This document shows, piece by piece, positions 33,624 through 47,111 of a stretch of DNA of 64,000 nucleotides (position 1 is its first letter; every line of letters begins with the position of its first letter). This DNA comes from Macrostomum lignano (Eukaryota). The position numbers and the translations under genes were made by a program. The DNA is taken from contig NIVC01003517.1 of the NCBI GenBank assembly GCA_002269645.1, positions 62,001-126,000 on the forward strand, given 5' to 3'. Below the pieces are notes generated by a model, which searched no databases, was not told where the DNA came from, and worked only from the letters and a program-made list of their open reading frames with translations.

Positions 33624-36020
33624 ATGAGTTCGTCGTCGGAAAGTCTGTCCTCTGGGTCGTCGGAAAGTCTGTCCTCTGGGTCGTCGGAAAGTCTGTCCTC
33701 TGGGTCGTCATATGTCTCGATGTCGGTTGATTCAAGTACACATTCGATTGACACATCCATGGGTGAATACAGCGATTCGAGCTCTTCCGCTGCAATTCAA
33801 GCAAACGTCGGCGAGCAACCGACTATTGCAATTCCTGCTGATGACGAGAATGAAGTGCAGGCAGCTGGTCCATCTGATATCGAGCACCCTGAAATATTTT
33901 CTGCGGATGAGGATAGTAACCTTCTTTCTGTCTTTTGTATCCAAGGTATCTCTATGGAGGTCAAATGTGCCCTTCTAATGTTGTGGATGATCTTGTCGAA
34001 CGTTTCCAAGAAAGCTGTTAAAAACATGCTTCGCCTCATTTCCATTCTGTCTCCTCGCGCTGCTTTACCTACATCTTACAAAGCAATGGAAGCGGTTCTG
34101 CTTCGTTCATTCATTTTAAAACCGGACTTCGTTGTGAAAGTTTGTTTAGCGTGTCTACTTATAAACTGTAGTGAACATCCAGTCGACTCTTTCGAGGGAC
34201 TATGGCTCTTAAATGTAAACCATCAGGTGGAGCTTACAGTTGAAAGGCATTTAAATGATATTTTATCTTACCAGCGTGAGCTAAGGCGAGGATTTCAAAC
34301 TGACATTCTGAACTCTGCTGTTAGCAATGAACTAGAAACCGGCTCATCTCCTGACATTTTTCACTTGTATTTTCTTCTTTCGGCTGACGGAGCAAACTTC
34401 TTTAAAGTTTCTGAAATGTCTGTGTGGCCTTTCTGTGCACTGTGCCTCAATTTGCCTGTTAGATTACGCCAGAAGTTTGTCAACATTATCACAATCGCTT
34501 TGTTTACCAATCGAGGAAAGCCGAATTTTGAAAAGTTTTTGCCTACTATTTTAAATCGCTTGCCTTCGTGTGTAAAAGTAAGGAATGTGACGTTTTTTCT
34601 TCACTTCTCGTTTTTTACCTGCGATTTGCCCGCTTTATCTCACCTTTTTGGAATCAAGCAATTCAACGGACAATTTGCTTGTCCCAGATGCATCCTACCT
34701 GGCAAGTCTCTAAAGGTGTCAGAAAAAGGCCAAGTTCGTGTCTTCCCCGCTGTCCATGGAATTCCGCTTCGAACTAATGCCATGCATGCGCAGCATCTCA
34801 CAGTTCTCAAGGCTCAAGGGCTTAAGGATTATTTTGGAATCAAACGCGAAACTGCTCTTCTCAAAATCATTCGTTTTCCAGAAAATTTCATTGTTGATTC
34901 TATGCATTGTCTCTGGGAAGGTCAAGTAAAACACATTCTAGCCTTCTTGACTGATTCTAAGACTAAAAGCTGCAATCCCAATCATTACCGTGTGCTAGGC
35001 TCAGCATCTGTCAATGTAATCGACTCTCAGATTATGCAACTGAAACTTCCCCAAGGTATTAGCAATGTTCCTCCAATTAGTCAGCTCTCACTTTGGAAAG
35101 CGAAAACATACAAGATTTTTGCTCTGTATCTGTTTCCATCAATTCTGCTTCCACGAATCGAAAATCCCGAACTTAGGGGCCTGCTCCTTCTTCTTAATTC
35201 TATTTATAACTTGCTGTACTCGCAAAATTCTTGTGTTTCAACTTTAAAACGTCTGTGCAATATGTTTCTTAACCTGTGTCCTGAGTTTTTTGGCGAACGT
35301 GTTATGCTTCTTAATTTTCATCTTCTCTATCATCTACCCGACCAGTATGAACGATTTGGTCCTCTGTATTGTGCATCAATGTTTCCCTTTGAGTCAGCTA
35401 TGCATGGCTTTAATATGCTTCATTTTGGCAGTCGATTTCATGGAAAGCAAATTTCCGAAAAGTTTTTCTGGCTAAAAGTGCTATTGTATTCACTGCAACC
35501 TGCTGCAGGCTCCAATCCCTCAATTTCTGATGCACTCCTTGTCATCGCTAAGCACTACTGCAATCCTCCTGAGCGCGAAAATCGAACTCTAGGCGCTTCT
35601 GGGGGTAAAATTTTAACAACCACTTCTGCGGATTGCACTTTAAAAACATGTAGTTCGTATGTCCTGGATGTATCAAATTCATATTTTGCTATTAATCATT
35701 TTGCCGATAGCAAAATCTTTGGCTCTTTTCTGACTCCACAATGTCGTTTAATCGACTTACTGTTCAATGCTGTTCCGGATTTTACCAATATTGGTGCTAG
35801 TGCATCTGAACAAGCAATCTTTCTTGCTTTTTTTACATCTGATGTTCCACTCCGAAATATGCTTATCTTTACGAGTCAGGAACCCACTCGGGAAAATTAC
35901 AATTGCATACGTCTCACTGATGTGGCTGCGAGGTGCATTCGAGTCGATGTCAACTTTCCGAACTTGCCATCAGGCAGTTTTTGTCTGGTACCCCTGTTGG
36001 AAGAGTGTGAGCACGATTAG
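33624..36020 (+). CDS. CMC/EnSpm-type (Tnp2-like) transposase, 798 aa, apparently intact
   Basis: Motifs SADG..F...SVWP, LNLP..R, TCDLPA..GIKQFNGQFACPRC, VDSMHCLWEG, WKA and NFHLLYHL.DQ..RFGPL...SMFPFES. The N-terminus has three copies of a 24-bp SSESLSSG repeat. Confidence 0.9.
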   Translation: MSSSSESLSSGSSESLSSGSSESLSSGSSYVSMSVDSSTHSIDTSMGEYSDSSSSAAIQANVGEQPTIAIPADDENEVQAAGPSDIEHPEIFSADEDSNLLSVFCIQGISMEVKCALLMLWMILSNVSKKAVKNMLRLISILSPRAALPTSYKAMEAVLLRSFILKPDFVVKVCLACLLINCSEHPVDSFEGLWLLNVNHQVELTVERHLNDILSYQRELRRGFQTDILNSAVSNELETGSSPDIFHLYFLLSADGANFFKVSEMSVWPFCALCLNLPVRLRQKFVNIITIALFTNRGKPNFEKFLPTILNRLPSCVKVRNVTFFLHFSFFTCDLPALSHLFGIKQFNGQFACPRCILPGKSLKVSEKGQVRVFPAVHGIPLRTNAMHAQHLTVLKAQGLKDYFGIKRETALLKIIRFPENFIVDSMHCLWEGQVKHILAFLTDSKTKSCNPNHYRVLGSASVNVIDSQIMQLKLPQGISNVPPISQLSLWKAKTYKIFALYLFPSILLPRIENPELRGLLLLLNSIYNLLYSQNSCVSTLKRLCNMFLNLCPEFFGERVMLLNFHLLYHLPDQYERFGPLYCASMFPFESAMHGFNMLHFGSRFHGKQISEKFFWLKVLLYSLQPAAGSNPSISDALLVIAKHYCNPPERENRTLGASGGKILTTTSADCTLKTCSSYVLDVSNSYFAINHFADSKIFGSFLTPQCRLIDLLFNAVPDFTNIGASASEQAIFLAFFTSDVPLRNMLIFTSQEPTRENYNCIRLTDVAARCIRVDVNFPNLPSGSFCLVPLLEECEHD

Positions 36021-37020
36021 CTCAGATAACTTCAAACGCGCGTCAGTTTTTCAGGGTCATTGTCTTGTCTCGTTTTCTATTCTGTAAGTAGTCCTGGTTG
36101 TCAATGTAATCATTGCATGAAATTTTTTCTGGTACGTATTCCTGATTTATCTGCTGGGTAGCTATTGTTGTGTAGCTTTTGTCGATGTTAGCCAGCCGAT
36201 GTGTGTGTGCTAGGCTTATTCTAAAAGCTCTATTGCTAGGACACAGGAAGAAAATATGACTGGGGAATTAGACGGGACCAAGAAAGAGACACTAACTGGC
36301 AAACTTTCGGCTAGCAAACGCCGGCTGGCTAACATCGTAGACCCAGTACCATCTAGTACTTGTACTTAAGCAAGCTTTGTTTCTTGTTAGTTTTTCTAAA
36401 CTAAAAAGCCCTTTTTCACAAAACATGCGCGCCTAATGCTCAGCTATATTTATCCTACATGTTATGTTTTACGTTTTCTCTCATATGCCGTGCGCTTTGT
36501 TTAGATACACCTAATTCTTTGTCACATTTTTGCAGTTTTTTATGTTTAATTGCTTTTACGTAAAACTCCGGGGACACAAATTTTTTTTTTACATTTGGCT
36601 TCTTTGTTTGGTAATAAATATTACATTTTCGGCTCACTCACTTAGTTGAGACCTGTCTTATACATAAAACTAACCAATTGTGTTATTTTGAGTGTGTCTT
36701 ATTGTGTGTACATCGCCCATGGTTTGGTAAGACAAACCAGAATAGAACTAAGTACGGTTTTAATGAGCCGATTTAAACGAAGGTACGAAGTGCAATGTAT
36801 TCATATATATACGAGTATATATGGCTCGCAAGATGACTAAAAATGCATTATTTCTAATTAATTGCAACCACATTATAAATGCATTTTATATATATAGAAT
36901 TTGCATTATAATGGCAATTATAATGCCATTAAGTGGCAATTATAATGCCATTAAGTGGCATTCAATGTCATTATAATGGCCAGTAAAAATGCATTATTTA
37001 CCCATTATGGGTCCCTAGGG

Positions 37021-40000
37021 TTGGCAAAAGACGCCACTTTCCGGAGGCCACTTGCTGCTGCAGCTGTGCGGGCATGTGGTCCAGTCCACCTCCGAGTTTT
37101 TGGAAAACGAGCCATCTTTGCTTGAAATTGGTGCCAGTCCCACTAACCGTAAGTTCGTAGGTGACCGAGCTGACTGGAATGCAGCTTAACTGAGCTCCCC
37201 TGCTCCGCAGATGCTGACTGGCAGTTTCGCACGCCTCCTTGTAGTTATCAAAGCACCCTGATACAGTTTCAACTTCCAACTTGGCGGCAAAAACTGTTGT
37301 GAACTTGTTGTCAGGCCATACTTCGGAGAGTTGCACTTCACGGATATTCAAGAGAAACAAGGCAGTTCGCCCAAGTTCATTCTTGAATTCGTCGAATAGC
37401 TGCTTGATATCATCGGCACTTACCGATCGTTCGCATATCCTAGATTTTTTAGCTGAGCTCACCGTTCTCAGTGGCAGTCGAAACACGGTTCCTCCGGTTT
37501 GCTTCAAGCTCTCGGGACAGTACCCCGCAAATACGTCGCGAAAAGTATCTTTCAAACACTCGACGTTCTTGTACATACCTCCTGGAGAAGCCAAAGTAGC
37601 ACCAGGCATGTACCCGCAGTGCGGATCCATCACGCAGAAAATCTTTCCATCGGACAGAAACGAGGGCGCATCCGTGATGTTGTACACACAGTTGAACCCG
37701 ATGCCGTACTGTCCAGCTTTCCATGCGTCGTCTTGCTTGGACCCGAGACCGAGGTTCTGGATGCCTTCGATGTCCGCATCGGAGAATGTCGAGTCGTTGT
37801 AGACAAGAAGCGCAGGTCCCTGCAGCTCCTTCCAGCTGTCACTCAGCACTCGCTCGGTCCCGTGATGCCGACGATCGATGATGAAGCTGATCTTTGATGC
37901 CCCAGCATCGTCCGCATTCTGAATGAGTTCCTTGAAGAGCTCGATTCCAAGCGGGTATCCGGAAATGATGTTCTGCAGTCTGGTTGTGAGGTCCTCGTGT
38001 TGGCCGAAAGGCAGAGGCTGCATCGCTTGAGCCAGCATGCTTTCTCTCTGGCTTGGAATTCCAAGTTTCTGGCACAGTCCGAAGGAGATGTTTTCGTGGC
38101 AGAAGAAGGTCTCATTTGGTAGTTGCACGGACTTCATCCAAGGCAGGTTGTTAAAGCACAGTTGTGTGCAGGGTCTCAGAATGCGGCTATGGTCAGGTGC
38201 GAGCAAGCTCTCAGTCGCCAAGGTTTCATCCTGACGGCGGCTAATCTGGTCGAGTATTTTCAGGCTCAAATCTAAATCGCCAGGTATTAGTGGTGCCGAG
38301 GAGTAACGCTGAGAAAGAAGTTTAAGCACACCTGCATAGTGCGATGCCGCGAAATTTTCATTGACTCCAGCTGCCCTGAAGAAGCTTTCGCACTGAATGC
38401 CGCTTAGTTCGGAAGGCAAAACATGAAGAAATGGCTCGAATCCCGCATCAGATCTCGACAGACTTACTTGAGCAGGCGTAATGAAACCTGATGGGGACCA
38501 AATAATGTTCGGAGTCTGATTCACCATGCAAAAGACGCTATTCGCATTGAGATAACCGGAAGAGATTTGGGCACTGAGGTGTCGATAAACGCACCGGCTC
38601 ACTCGCAGAGTTTCTTCATTGCCAGCTTGGGTGCCGGCCAGAGCTACCAGCTGCTTCCAAGCCACCTCATTGGCGACGTAACTCACGTTCAAAACTCCGA
38701 TTTGAGCCAATAGATCTTGTCTGCTTGATGAGGTAACATCACGCAGCACTGTCTCGTCCAAAATAAGGTATGAAGCCGAAACGAGATCTTTGCAGCTGGC
38801 ATCAAACAGCTGACAAGGCTGGAAAAGTTGCGTTTTTGGATGCCGATCTGAAAGCCAGACAAGGCCACTGTCGTTAGCTTTCTTCAAGGCAGGTAGAAAT
38901 GCTACGTTTCTCAGCTGACCGATCGGCTGGTTTACAAACTTAGAGAGGAACGAATCCAAGTACGAAAGCAGCGCAACCGTGCGCTCAGTTCTCTGAGGCT
39001 CGGAGAGCGCAGCAACTGACTGAGCGCGACTCAGCAACTCGGCCCAATTGAGATCCGCACGGAGCCCGACTGTGCGGAGCGCTTTTAGCTGATCCGGTGT
39101 TTGCAGGTCGCTGTGAGGAAAAACGCTTGCGTTCATTTCAAACAGCTTTGCAGCCTGACAGCTGGTGTCCAGAAGCTGCAGAGGCTGACAAAAGGCGTTT
39201 CCAACGTTAGGAATGCAATAGGACTGCTTCAACGAATTCAAAACCTTTTGAGTAACAATTCTAGAAGCGGAGCTCCAGTCTGCATTGCCGCCTCCACTGA
39301 TAACATTCAGTATGAATTTCAGCGCTTTAAAGCAGTCCTCAGAGTAGCCCGACTGCCACAAGCGAGACATGTTCGGCACCAAATTAAGCAGCAGGGTCTC
39401 GCCCGACCATTGACGCTGCAAAATCTTGTTCGTCAGTCCCAGCTGCTCCACAGTTCGTCGAACTCCATCGGTCAACGATGCTACACCTTCGTGCTGACCC
39501 ACGAGTCTCGTGGCGAGTCGACTCAAACAATCTGAAATCCCACCCAGTGACAGGATGCTGGGATCCAGAAACACTGTATGTCCCAAACTTTTCCAGCCGG
39601 CTGATGTGTGAAAGATTGACGCCTGACCGTCAAGCAGGGAAGCGTAGAACTTCTCAATAAGCGGCCTCCACACAGACTGAGTAGCTCTGTCGAATCGAGG
39701 CCACAGCTCTTGCGAAATCTCTGCATTTACCAAAGACATTCCACTTAGAATCTTCAGAGCGTCGATGTAGGCAGGACAAATGACGTCTGTGAGCAGCACT
39801 CGGTTCCACTCGCCGAGACTCCACACGCCCTGCTTCTCGTCGACCGTGACCTCGTTGAGGTGGCGTCGGCTCGAGGTGACGGAGAAGCTCGCGTTCAGCA
39901 TCACTGGAAATGGATTTTCGACAGGCAGCGGTAGGAAACAGAACAGCAGCGAGGCCGGCTGTGTGTCACGTGATAGCGGCACAATCCTGTTAGACTGCTC

Positions 40001-41200
40001 GATGGGCAGAGCCACGGCTCCCACAGGCGCCAGTCCGAGACGACGCTGCTCCAACGCGACAGCGAGCGACTGCCCAGTGGCGACAGCAGCGCACACGAGC
40101 CACACTCTGGTGGAGGCGACTGTGCTGATCTGGAACTGGTCATGAGCTGAGTCTCCAAGCTGAACCTCTACCTCGACAGTCGCTTGACAGCGATGTGCTT
40201 GATTTCGTCCAGACCCTCCTTGAGTAGCAGATTCGATCAGAGCTTCGGCTACCTTGAGAATAGAGCTCTGAGCAGCGAACTCTTTATCCGCCTGTGACAT
40301 TCCTGATATTGGCAGCGGTGGCAGTGCGATGGCATGTCGCTGGAAATATTTGAGAGGGCTCTTGTGAACGCAGAACACGAGTTGAGTTTGATTTGAAGGA
40401 TCGGTCGCATTGGACGGCAGGAACAAACACCGGAATGTTCGCACTGTCTGGGTGAACAGAAGCATCGTGTCAGCTTGCTCTGCAGCCAGTCTCAACAAGC
40501 CACGAATCTCCGAGTCAGAGTACACGCGATCGCAGATCTTCGACTTCGCTGCCTGAGTCTCAGTGCGCAGCGGAAGACGCAGCAGCGTGCCGGCGAAGTT
40601 TCCTTCATCCGCTTGCAGATTGCAGCCTGAGACTCCAGCGAACGGTGCAAACTGGTTGGCGTACTGATCCAGCAGACTCCGCTGTGCTTGAAAGTCGAGC
40701 TCAACTCCAGTGTCCCTGTCCCCGTGACTCGCGTACACCGTCTCCAAGTAGCCCTCGCCTCTGCGCTCACCATGCGGGTCGAGGATCAGCATGCGGTGTC
40801 GACTGAGGATCTGCGGCACGTCAGTCAGGTTGTACACCGAGTTGAAGCCCAGACCGAAGCGACCGACCTTGGCCGTCTTCTCCAGCTTGGTGGCTCCGCT
40901 CAGCTGCAGGATGTTGTCGAAGTCCTCGTCGCTGAAGGTGGCGTTGTTGAAGGCCCACAGCGCCCGTCCCTGACAGTCGGCCATCGCCGGATCGAGCAGC
41001 GACTCGGAGCCGCGCCAGTTTGAGTTCTTGCGACAGTCGTAGAGCATGGTGAGCTCGGTGGCGCCCGCGTCGTCAGCGTTCTGCAGCAGCTCCTTGGGCA
41101 CCGCCAGACCGTCAGAGTACTCGTCGAGCAGTCGCTTGAGTCGTCGGGTGAGCGGCTCGGACTGTCCACGCAGACGCAGGCCGTCGGAGGTCTGGGCCAT
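37021..41200 (-). pseudogene. SACS: Sacsin-like copy 2, 5' half (ATG at 41200)
   Basis: Open frame from MAQTSDG to GKWRLLP containing the first sacsin repeat and the ATPase part of the second. It joins the 3' half in frame once the element and one TT are removed. Confidence 0.92.
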
Positions 41201-43515
41201 TCTGGAGTGCGTAGGGTTTTTGAGTGATTTTAACTTTGATTGAAGTACATGAGAGTGCATGACTTGATGCACGGGTTTGCGTGATTGGCCATTGTGTTGT
41301 AAACTGTCCAATTGCTAGTGAGACAAATAACGAAGACAGAATGACTAACACTTAGGAAGGCTATATTTAGCAAGAGGCGGGCAGTGAAAGTTTTAACGGT
41401 AAAAAGTCGTAAAAGGTAGGAAGAGAGAGACCAGGCTATATTTAAAGGTAATAAAACTGGACTTCTTCGTGCGCCATGCGCACGGAGAGGTCTAAAATAT
41501 CGATCGTAAAATTATTATACGAAACGCCTTAAGTAAGCACGAAGCAGGAAAAATAAAAACGGCCCGATTTGGGGCCAACAAACGCAATATACACTCGTAC
41601 ATCGTAGAGTGAATAGGAAATGATACGAATATTGTCAATTTTAGATAAATCTGACAGAAACCCAATCTTCTCTTTTCTTAGTTGTCGTGCAACTAACTTC
41701 GCATTCGACTCACATCAGACTTGAAATAATTTAAAATTGAAATAAATTCAATATTGGAGTCGGAGGTTGCACGAAAGCTTTTCTTCTTGCCCGCTTGTTT
41801 CTGACTTTGATCTCAGCGGGATCTTTGTATCTCTCTCCTTAGTGCTCTCTCATTGGCTGAGCTGGATCGGGTCTGACCCCTAGGCTAAATTTCATCTGTC
41901 TTGCGTTCACTTGTGTACATCGACATGCTCGTTGTTCATCTTAACCCCGTGGGACAATATGCGGGGTCCTTTGCTAGCAAGAAATCTATCTGCTCGCCGA
42001 GATTTGCCAGCAGAAATCTGTTAGCGAAGATTTAGCTAGCCGAAATCTGCTAACGAGAGCCCTAACCAAAACTGGCGATCAGCAACTTGGCTAGCCGAAC
42101 TTCGTGTAATTCGCCAGAGACAATTATGCTACGATGATTCGATTTGCGCTTAATCGCTCTATTGACTCATTTTGTCGTGTTGATCATAGATCTTATATTC
42201 CCTAGATAGGCCACTTTGTATGGCGGTAATACGGAAAGTTCGACCGCTGTTTTAGGTCACTTGTGCGAAAAAGCTGGCATGGGTTGCTTATAAATTTGAG
42301 TTCAGTAGCTTAGGGACATAGACGCTATTTTTGAGAATTTAATAGAACTTCTCATGAATTGAATAAAAAGCTGCTCAATCAAACAACTAACAATGAGTAA
42401 ATAAACAGCGGCCCCAGTGCGTGACAACGATTGTTTTGCGAGCGCCGGTAATGACATTAACACTAAAAAATAGTGCAGTAGAAACATTGCTATGCGCTTT
42501 CGTCTATGGTATTACTTGGCGCCGGAAGGAGTCGAGGAGGGGGGAGAGTGAGAATGAGGGTGTGGGGGCGAAGCCCCCACTTTCTACAATGAAATTTAAA
42601 TAAACTTTAGTCTATGGCCCACATCGACATTAATATGCACTGTAGTTTTTTGATCCCATAAAGAGGGAGACAGAAGTTTTAAGAGAGCTGAGTAGAAAGA
42701 CAGCAGATTTGATTGCTTGCATCTTTCATTTACACAAACAAAATCGAAATGGCTGGACGCAGAGCCAACTACAGTGGCAGAAGTTCTGCCTCCTCTATTT
42801 AACTACGGAGCTATGCCGAATGGAGATTTCAGGAGTAACATCCGGCGAATTCGACTTGATTTGCAAGTCCTTCGATCATGCCCAAGGTCATTAGACAGTC
42901 GAGATGCAGCGAACCGCTATAGATTCTCTGAGAAAAGCTGCTGGAGGCTTTCGCTATCTTCTGGCATGGAGCAGCTCTGGCATCATCGTCTATGGCCCGA
43001 AAGTTTGATCTTTGGTGTTGATTAGCAGTGACGCAAATTACAATACATTGCGTCCTGCGAAGTTGTATTTTACATGCAATTGAAAATAACCCAAACAGAA
43101 GTTTCATTGTGGTACTTGCATGACAAGAATCTGGATGTACTTCATATACACTACAAAATGAGTTTGATAATTCTATGCTCGTTGACACTTTTTAAAATGT
43201 GTTTCTACTTTGGTCAAGATAAACTTTTTTTCTTAAAGTGTTTAGGAAAAGGCCGATGGGCTAAAATTATAAGCGTTTCCAAGAACTCAATCATAAAATT
43301 TGAAGCCAGGTAGTTCAGGTAGTTAGGTTTTAACGTATCTACACAATTCTCAGTCTAAATAGCAGTACGAGCATATTTACTCATACGAATCAAAGCGGCT
43401 CAAATCGAAATCAAAACACGCAACAGATAAGAGAGCAAAGCAGCAAGTTCGGCCAGCAAATTACTACTAAAAGCTTGGTACTCCTACTCCACCATATGCG
43501 CCTGAGGAGAAAATC

Positions 43516-43938
43516 CACAGATACTAAAATATCTAGATGGGCCACTCAGGCACATTTTTTTACTTAGTAAAACAGCTTTCTACTTCCAGTTCAGTAGCAA
43601 AGAAGAATATATCAGCTATTTTAGAAAAGTAAAGGCAGCTGAAACGACTGATTAAGTTTTGAAGCCCAACCTTGAGGACGTGCATGTACTTGCTAATTGG
43701 TTCAGCAATATGTACCTTAGCCCGTCCACTGAAATGTACATGGCAGCTTTAGGTTGGAATTCCGAAAAAGACAATAAAAATTGGGGCGGGGCGGCGAATA
43801 GTGTGGAAACGCTGGGACTAAGAGCCAATTAATGAGCCTTGGTTTTAATATTTCATTAAATGATTAATTCTGCTTTACTTACTACTGCACTGAAAGTAGA
43901 TGTGCTGAGTGGCCCATCCAGTTATTACAGTATCTGTG
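43516..43938. mobile_element. MITE with ~40-bp TIRs (CACAGATACT..ATAACTAGATGGGCCACTCAG(G)CACA), family copy A
   Basis: Inverted termini; the interior is homologous to 50211-50669 (inverted) and 61889-62394. Confidence 0.8.
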
Positions 43939-43944
43939 CTTGCA

Positions 43945-44812
43945 CTGACCCAAATCCCTCCCTCAGCACTGACCCCAAACACTCAGCACTGACCCCAGTC
44001 CCTCACTCAGCACTGACCCCAGCACTCAGCACTGACCCCAGTCCCTCACTCAGCACTGACCCCAGCACTCAGCACTGACCCCAGCACTCAGAACTGACCC
44101 CAGTTTCTCACTCAGCACTGACCCCAAGTACTCAGCACTGCACCAGTCCCTCACTCAGCACTGACCCCAGTCCCTCGGCCTCACTCAGCACTGACACCAG
44201 TCCCTCACTCAGCACTGGCACCAGTCCCTCACTCAGCACTGACACCAGTCCCTCACTCAGCACTGACCCCAAGTACTCAGCACTGCACCAGTCCCTCACT
44301 CAGCACTGACCCCAGTCCCTCACTCAGCACTGACCCCAGTTCCTCACTCAGCACTGACCCCAGTCCCTTACTCAGCACTGACCCCAGTTCCTCACTCAGC
44401 ACTGACCCCAGTTCCTCACTCAGCACTGACCCCAGTCCCTTACTCAGCACTGACCCCAGTCCCTTACTCAGCACTGGCACCAGTCCCTCACTCAGCACTG
44501 ACACCAGTCCCTCACTCAGCACTGGCACCAGTCCCTCACTCAGCACTGACACCAGTCCCTCACTCAGCACTGACCCCAAGTACTCAGCACTGCACCAGTC
44601 CCTCACTCAGCACTGACACCAGTCCCTCACTCAGCACTGACACCAGTCCCTCCCTCAGCACTGACACCAGTCCCTCACTCAGCACTGACACCAGTCCCTC
44701 ACTCAGCACTGACACCAGTCCCTCACTCAGCACTGACACCAGTCCCTCACTCAGCACTGGCACCAGTCCCTCCCTCAGCACTATCCCAGTTTCTCTCAGC
44801 ACTGCAGCATAG
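43945..44812. repeat. 24-bp minisatellite (CAGTCCCTCACTCAGCACTGACMC), about 35 units
   Basis: Direct tandem units are visible, with some shorter variants. Confidence 0.96.
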
Positions 44813-45512
44813 ACACCAGCGTAACTATAAGCAGGTACACATGCACGCAGAAATGGCCAAAAGTTCCCTAATTTCAAAATCACAATTTTAGTGACATTAT
44901 TTTTTGCAGTAACTCGGCAACGAAAAATGGAGCTGTATAAAAAAAGTTCTTACCGTTTGTATCAAAAGAGGTTTGGAAAAACAATAGGTGGAATTGATTT
45001 TTTTCTTAGAGAAGTTTCACGATCGAGTAACTACTCAATTGATTGCGAGCTGTTAACGATATCAGTGCATTGTGTGTATCATTATATACTGTCGCTTTCC
45101 TAACGAGATGTCATTTCCAGGAAATTCACCGTGCATTACCGGTACGTACACGAATTTCTGGTAAATAGGCCAACCAGACTCACTGAGCTTATAAGTGGGA
45201 GAATTTTCTATCATTACCAACTCTGTCCAACTCCCAGTCCCAGCATGCACAGTTTAAGGGGATCGAAAATTAGTCAGGAGAAATGGACTTACAAATGTGC
45301 GCCATTCTTTCAGTTTACCCGTGGAAGCATAGCAACAAAACATTCCCGGGGTAGAAAGTCGAGAAGACAGTACTATTGACATCACCGCTATTGTCTCCAG
45401 CTGTTACTGTCTTCACAGCTACAGTCTCAGTCGCTATTGTGTTTCCTGCGACAATGCCCCAAGCACTCCTCTGGCGGGCAAGCGTCGTCACATTACATGC
45501 AGAGTGTCAGGG

Positions 45513-45560
45513 AAGAGAGAGAGAGAGAGAGAGAGAGGAGTGAGTGACTGAGTGAGGAGA
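45513..45560. repeat. (GA)n / GAGT microsatellite
   Basis: The run is directly visible. Confidence 0.85.
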
Positions 45561-47111
45561 GGCCGCTAACCTCCTCTCCGTTCCCCACGCGTCTACCTCT
45601 GCTCACCCCATCTCTCGTGCCATAGAATGAGGAATAATTCGTGATAACTAACGCCAGTCTTATCGCCATTGCCAGTCAGCTTTCAGTTCATTGATGAGAA
45701 GTATCTGTAGCGAGTTTAAACGAATGAGCCGTAAAGGCGATGGTTCTTTGGCTTTATTTTTGTTAAACAGTTTTCAGTATGAAAAAATTCTGGCTTGAAT
45801 AAATGCAATGCTGGGTGCTTTTTATTTATACACAATTTCATACAAAATGTTAAAGTCCGGGAATATTCGGGAAGCATGTGCGCGGGAGTTTACATCACAG
45901 AATATACACAGAATGGCGAATCCCGCATTTTAAGAAAATTTCTTGCACAAGAATGATATTCTATACTGGCTACTCTTGTTGTGAAAAGAAACTAAGTAGG
46001 CTGAATGGCACTTTACCAATTCTTTGCCATTTATTGCGGGTTCCACAGAATATAGGAAGGCTTGATGAACCAACCCACCCCCTTCTAAACTGTGCTATTT
46101 TTAGAAACTACCTTAAGGCTGGCCCTGCCTTCTGCTGCGCTTTAAGTTAGTGCCATTAAAACTTAACCTTGCTGTTATATGTTTGTTACTTTTGTTTTTT
46201 AGCTTACATGTACATGGCAATGAGGTTATAACAGTTCTTACTACTGCTCATGACTTTGCGGACGCACCGTTTGAACAAATTAATTACAATGATGGCGCAG
46301 CATTCATCTGCAGCGTCAAAACGATGATTCAGAGCTTTCAAAGGCTGTCTTGAGCTCAACTTTTACATTCAACTTTGCGTTTAAAAAATCGCAGCTACTT
46401 ATCAGCTTCACAACGTTAGTAGTGCAATCGCATTTATTTTCGCTTTCATAGAGAACTGCCGATTCGCCATTCTGTGTATGTTCTGTGGTTTAAATTGCCT
46501 AATTTAGAATGTTGTTTACACGCAAATTTGTAGAACGCGTTCACTTTTGTACGCGCACGGCCATGTCTCGAAATCCTCTTTGAGATCGATTTCTCCATCG
46601 AATTCTCCATCGAATTTTACGTCGAATTCTCCCTCAGAGAAACATTTCTCTAGTAAACCCCGAAACATTGATACGGATAGCTTCCAGCAGAAGTATAGCC
46701 TGGAAGCGCCTAGAGGGGAGTGGAGCCCGGGAGAGAGATGAAGGAGGGATAGAGTGAGAGAGAGAGGGAGAGGCAGGGAGAGATGCAAGGCCGTAGGGCG
46801 CCAGCCAATGGTAGGGGGGGGGGTCGATATCGATACACACCTCCCCTCTATAAATGAAAGGTATTGGGAAAGCAATTGGGTAACCCACGAGAAGATTTAG
46901 GATTAAAACGAATATACTTTTAAGGGTAATGATCACAACTGTCAAATATCCTCACGCTGGGAAAAATTCAAACAAACAGGCCGAAATCTTACGTGATTGA
47001 TGGCACGACAAATATCAGGGGAAAAGCGCCAGTCACGTGATTCACCAGATCAGTTGTCGCTTAAATGAAGTAAATGAAATAATCGAATTTTGATTATTTA
47101 CGACATGAAAA

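Larger units (their letters stand above)
28339..37020 (+). mobile_element. Full-length CMC-superfamily (EnSpm/CACTA/Mirage-type) DNA transposon, 8682 bp
   Basis: Imperfect ~35-bp TIRs (CCCTAGGGACCCA(A/T)AATGG..AAATAATGCATTTT). A 2-bp TSD TT is defined against the empty site GGTCTTTGGCAAAAG in copy 3 (~55570). There are subterminal AATGCATT motifs and an internal transposase. Confidence 0.92.

Noticed and set aside
41201-41311. N-terminal extensions of copy 2 (to 41311) and copy 3 (to 59901)
   Set aside because: They are not conserved between copies; MAQTSDG is the only start common to all three.
42717-43100. Possible Harbinger-like transposase relic (..RYRFSEK..MARKF..)
   Set aside because: Weak, fragmented resemblance with no catalytic motifs or TIRs found.
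43860-44883. ORFs with LGSVLSEG repeats, and likewise QSLTQHTH / CCVRDW ORFs at 63328-63922
   Set aside because: A stop-free 24-bp minisatellite unit yields open frames automatically; there is no other coding evidence.
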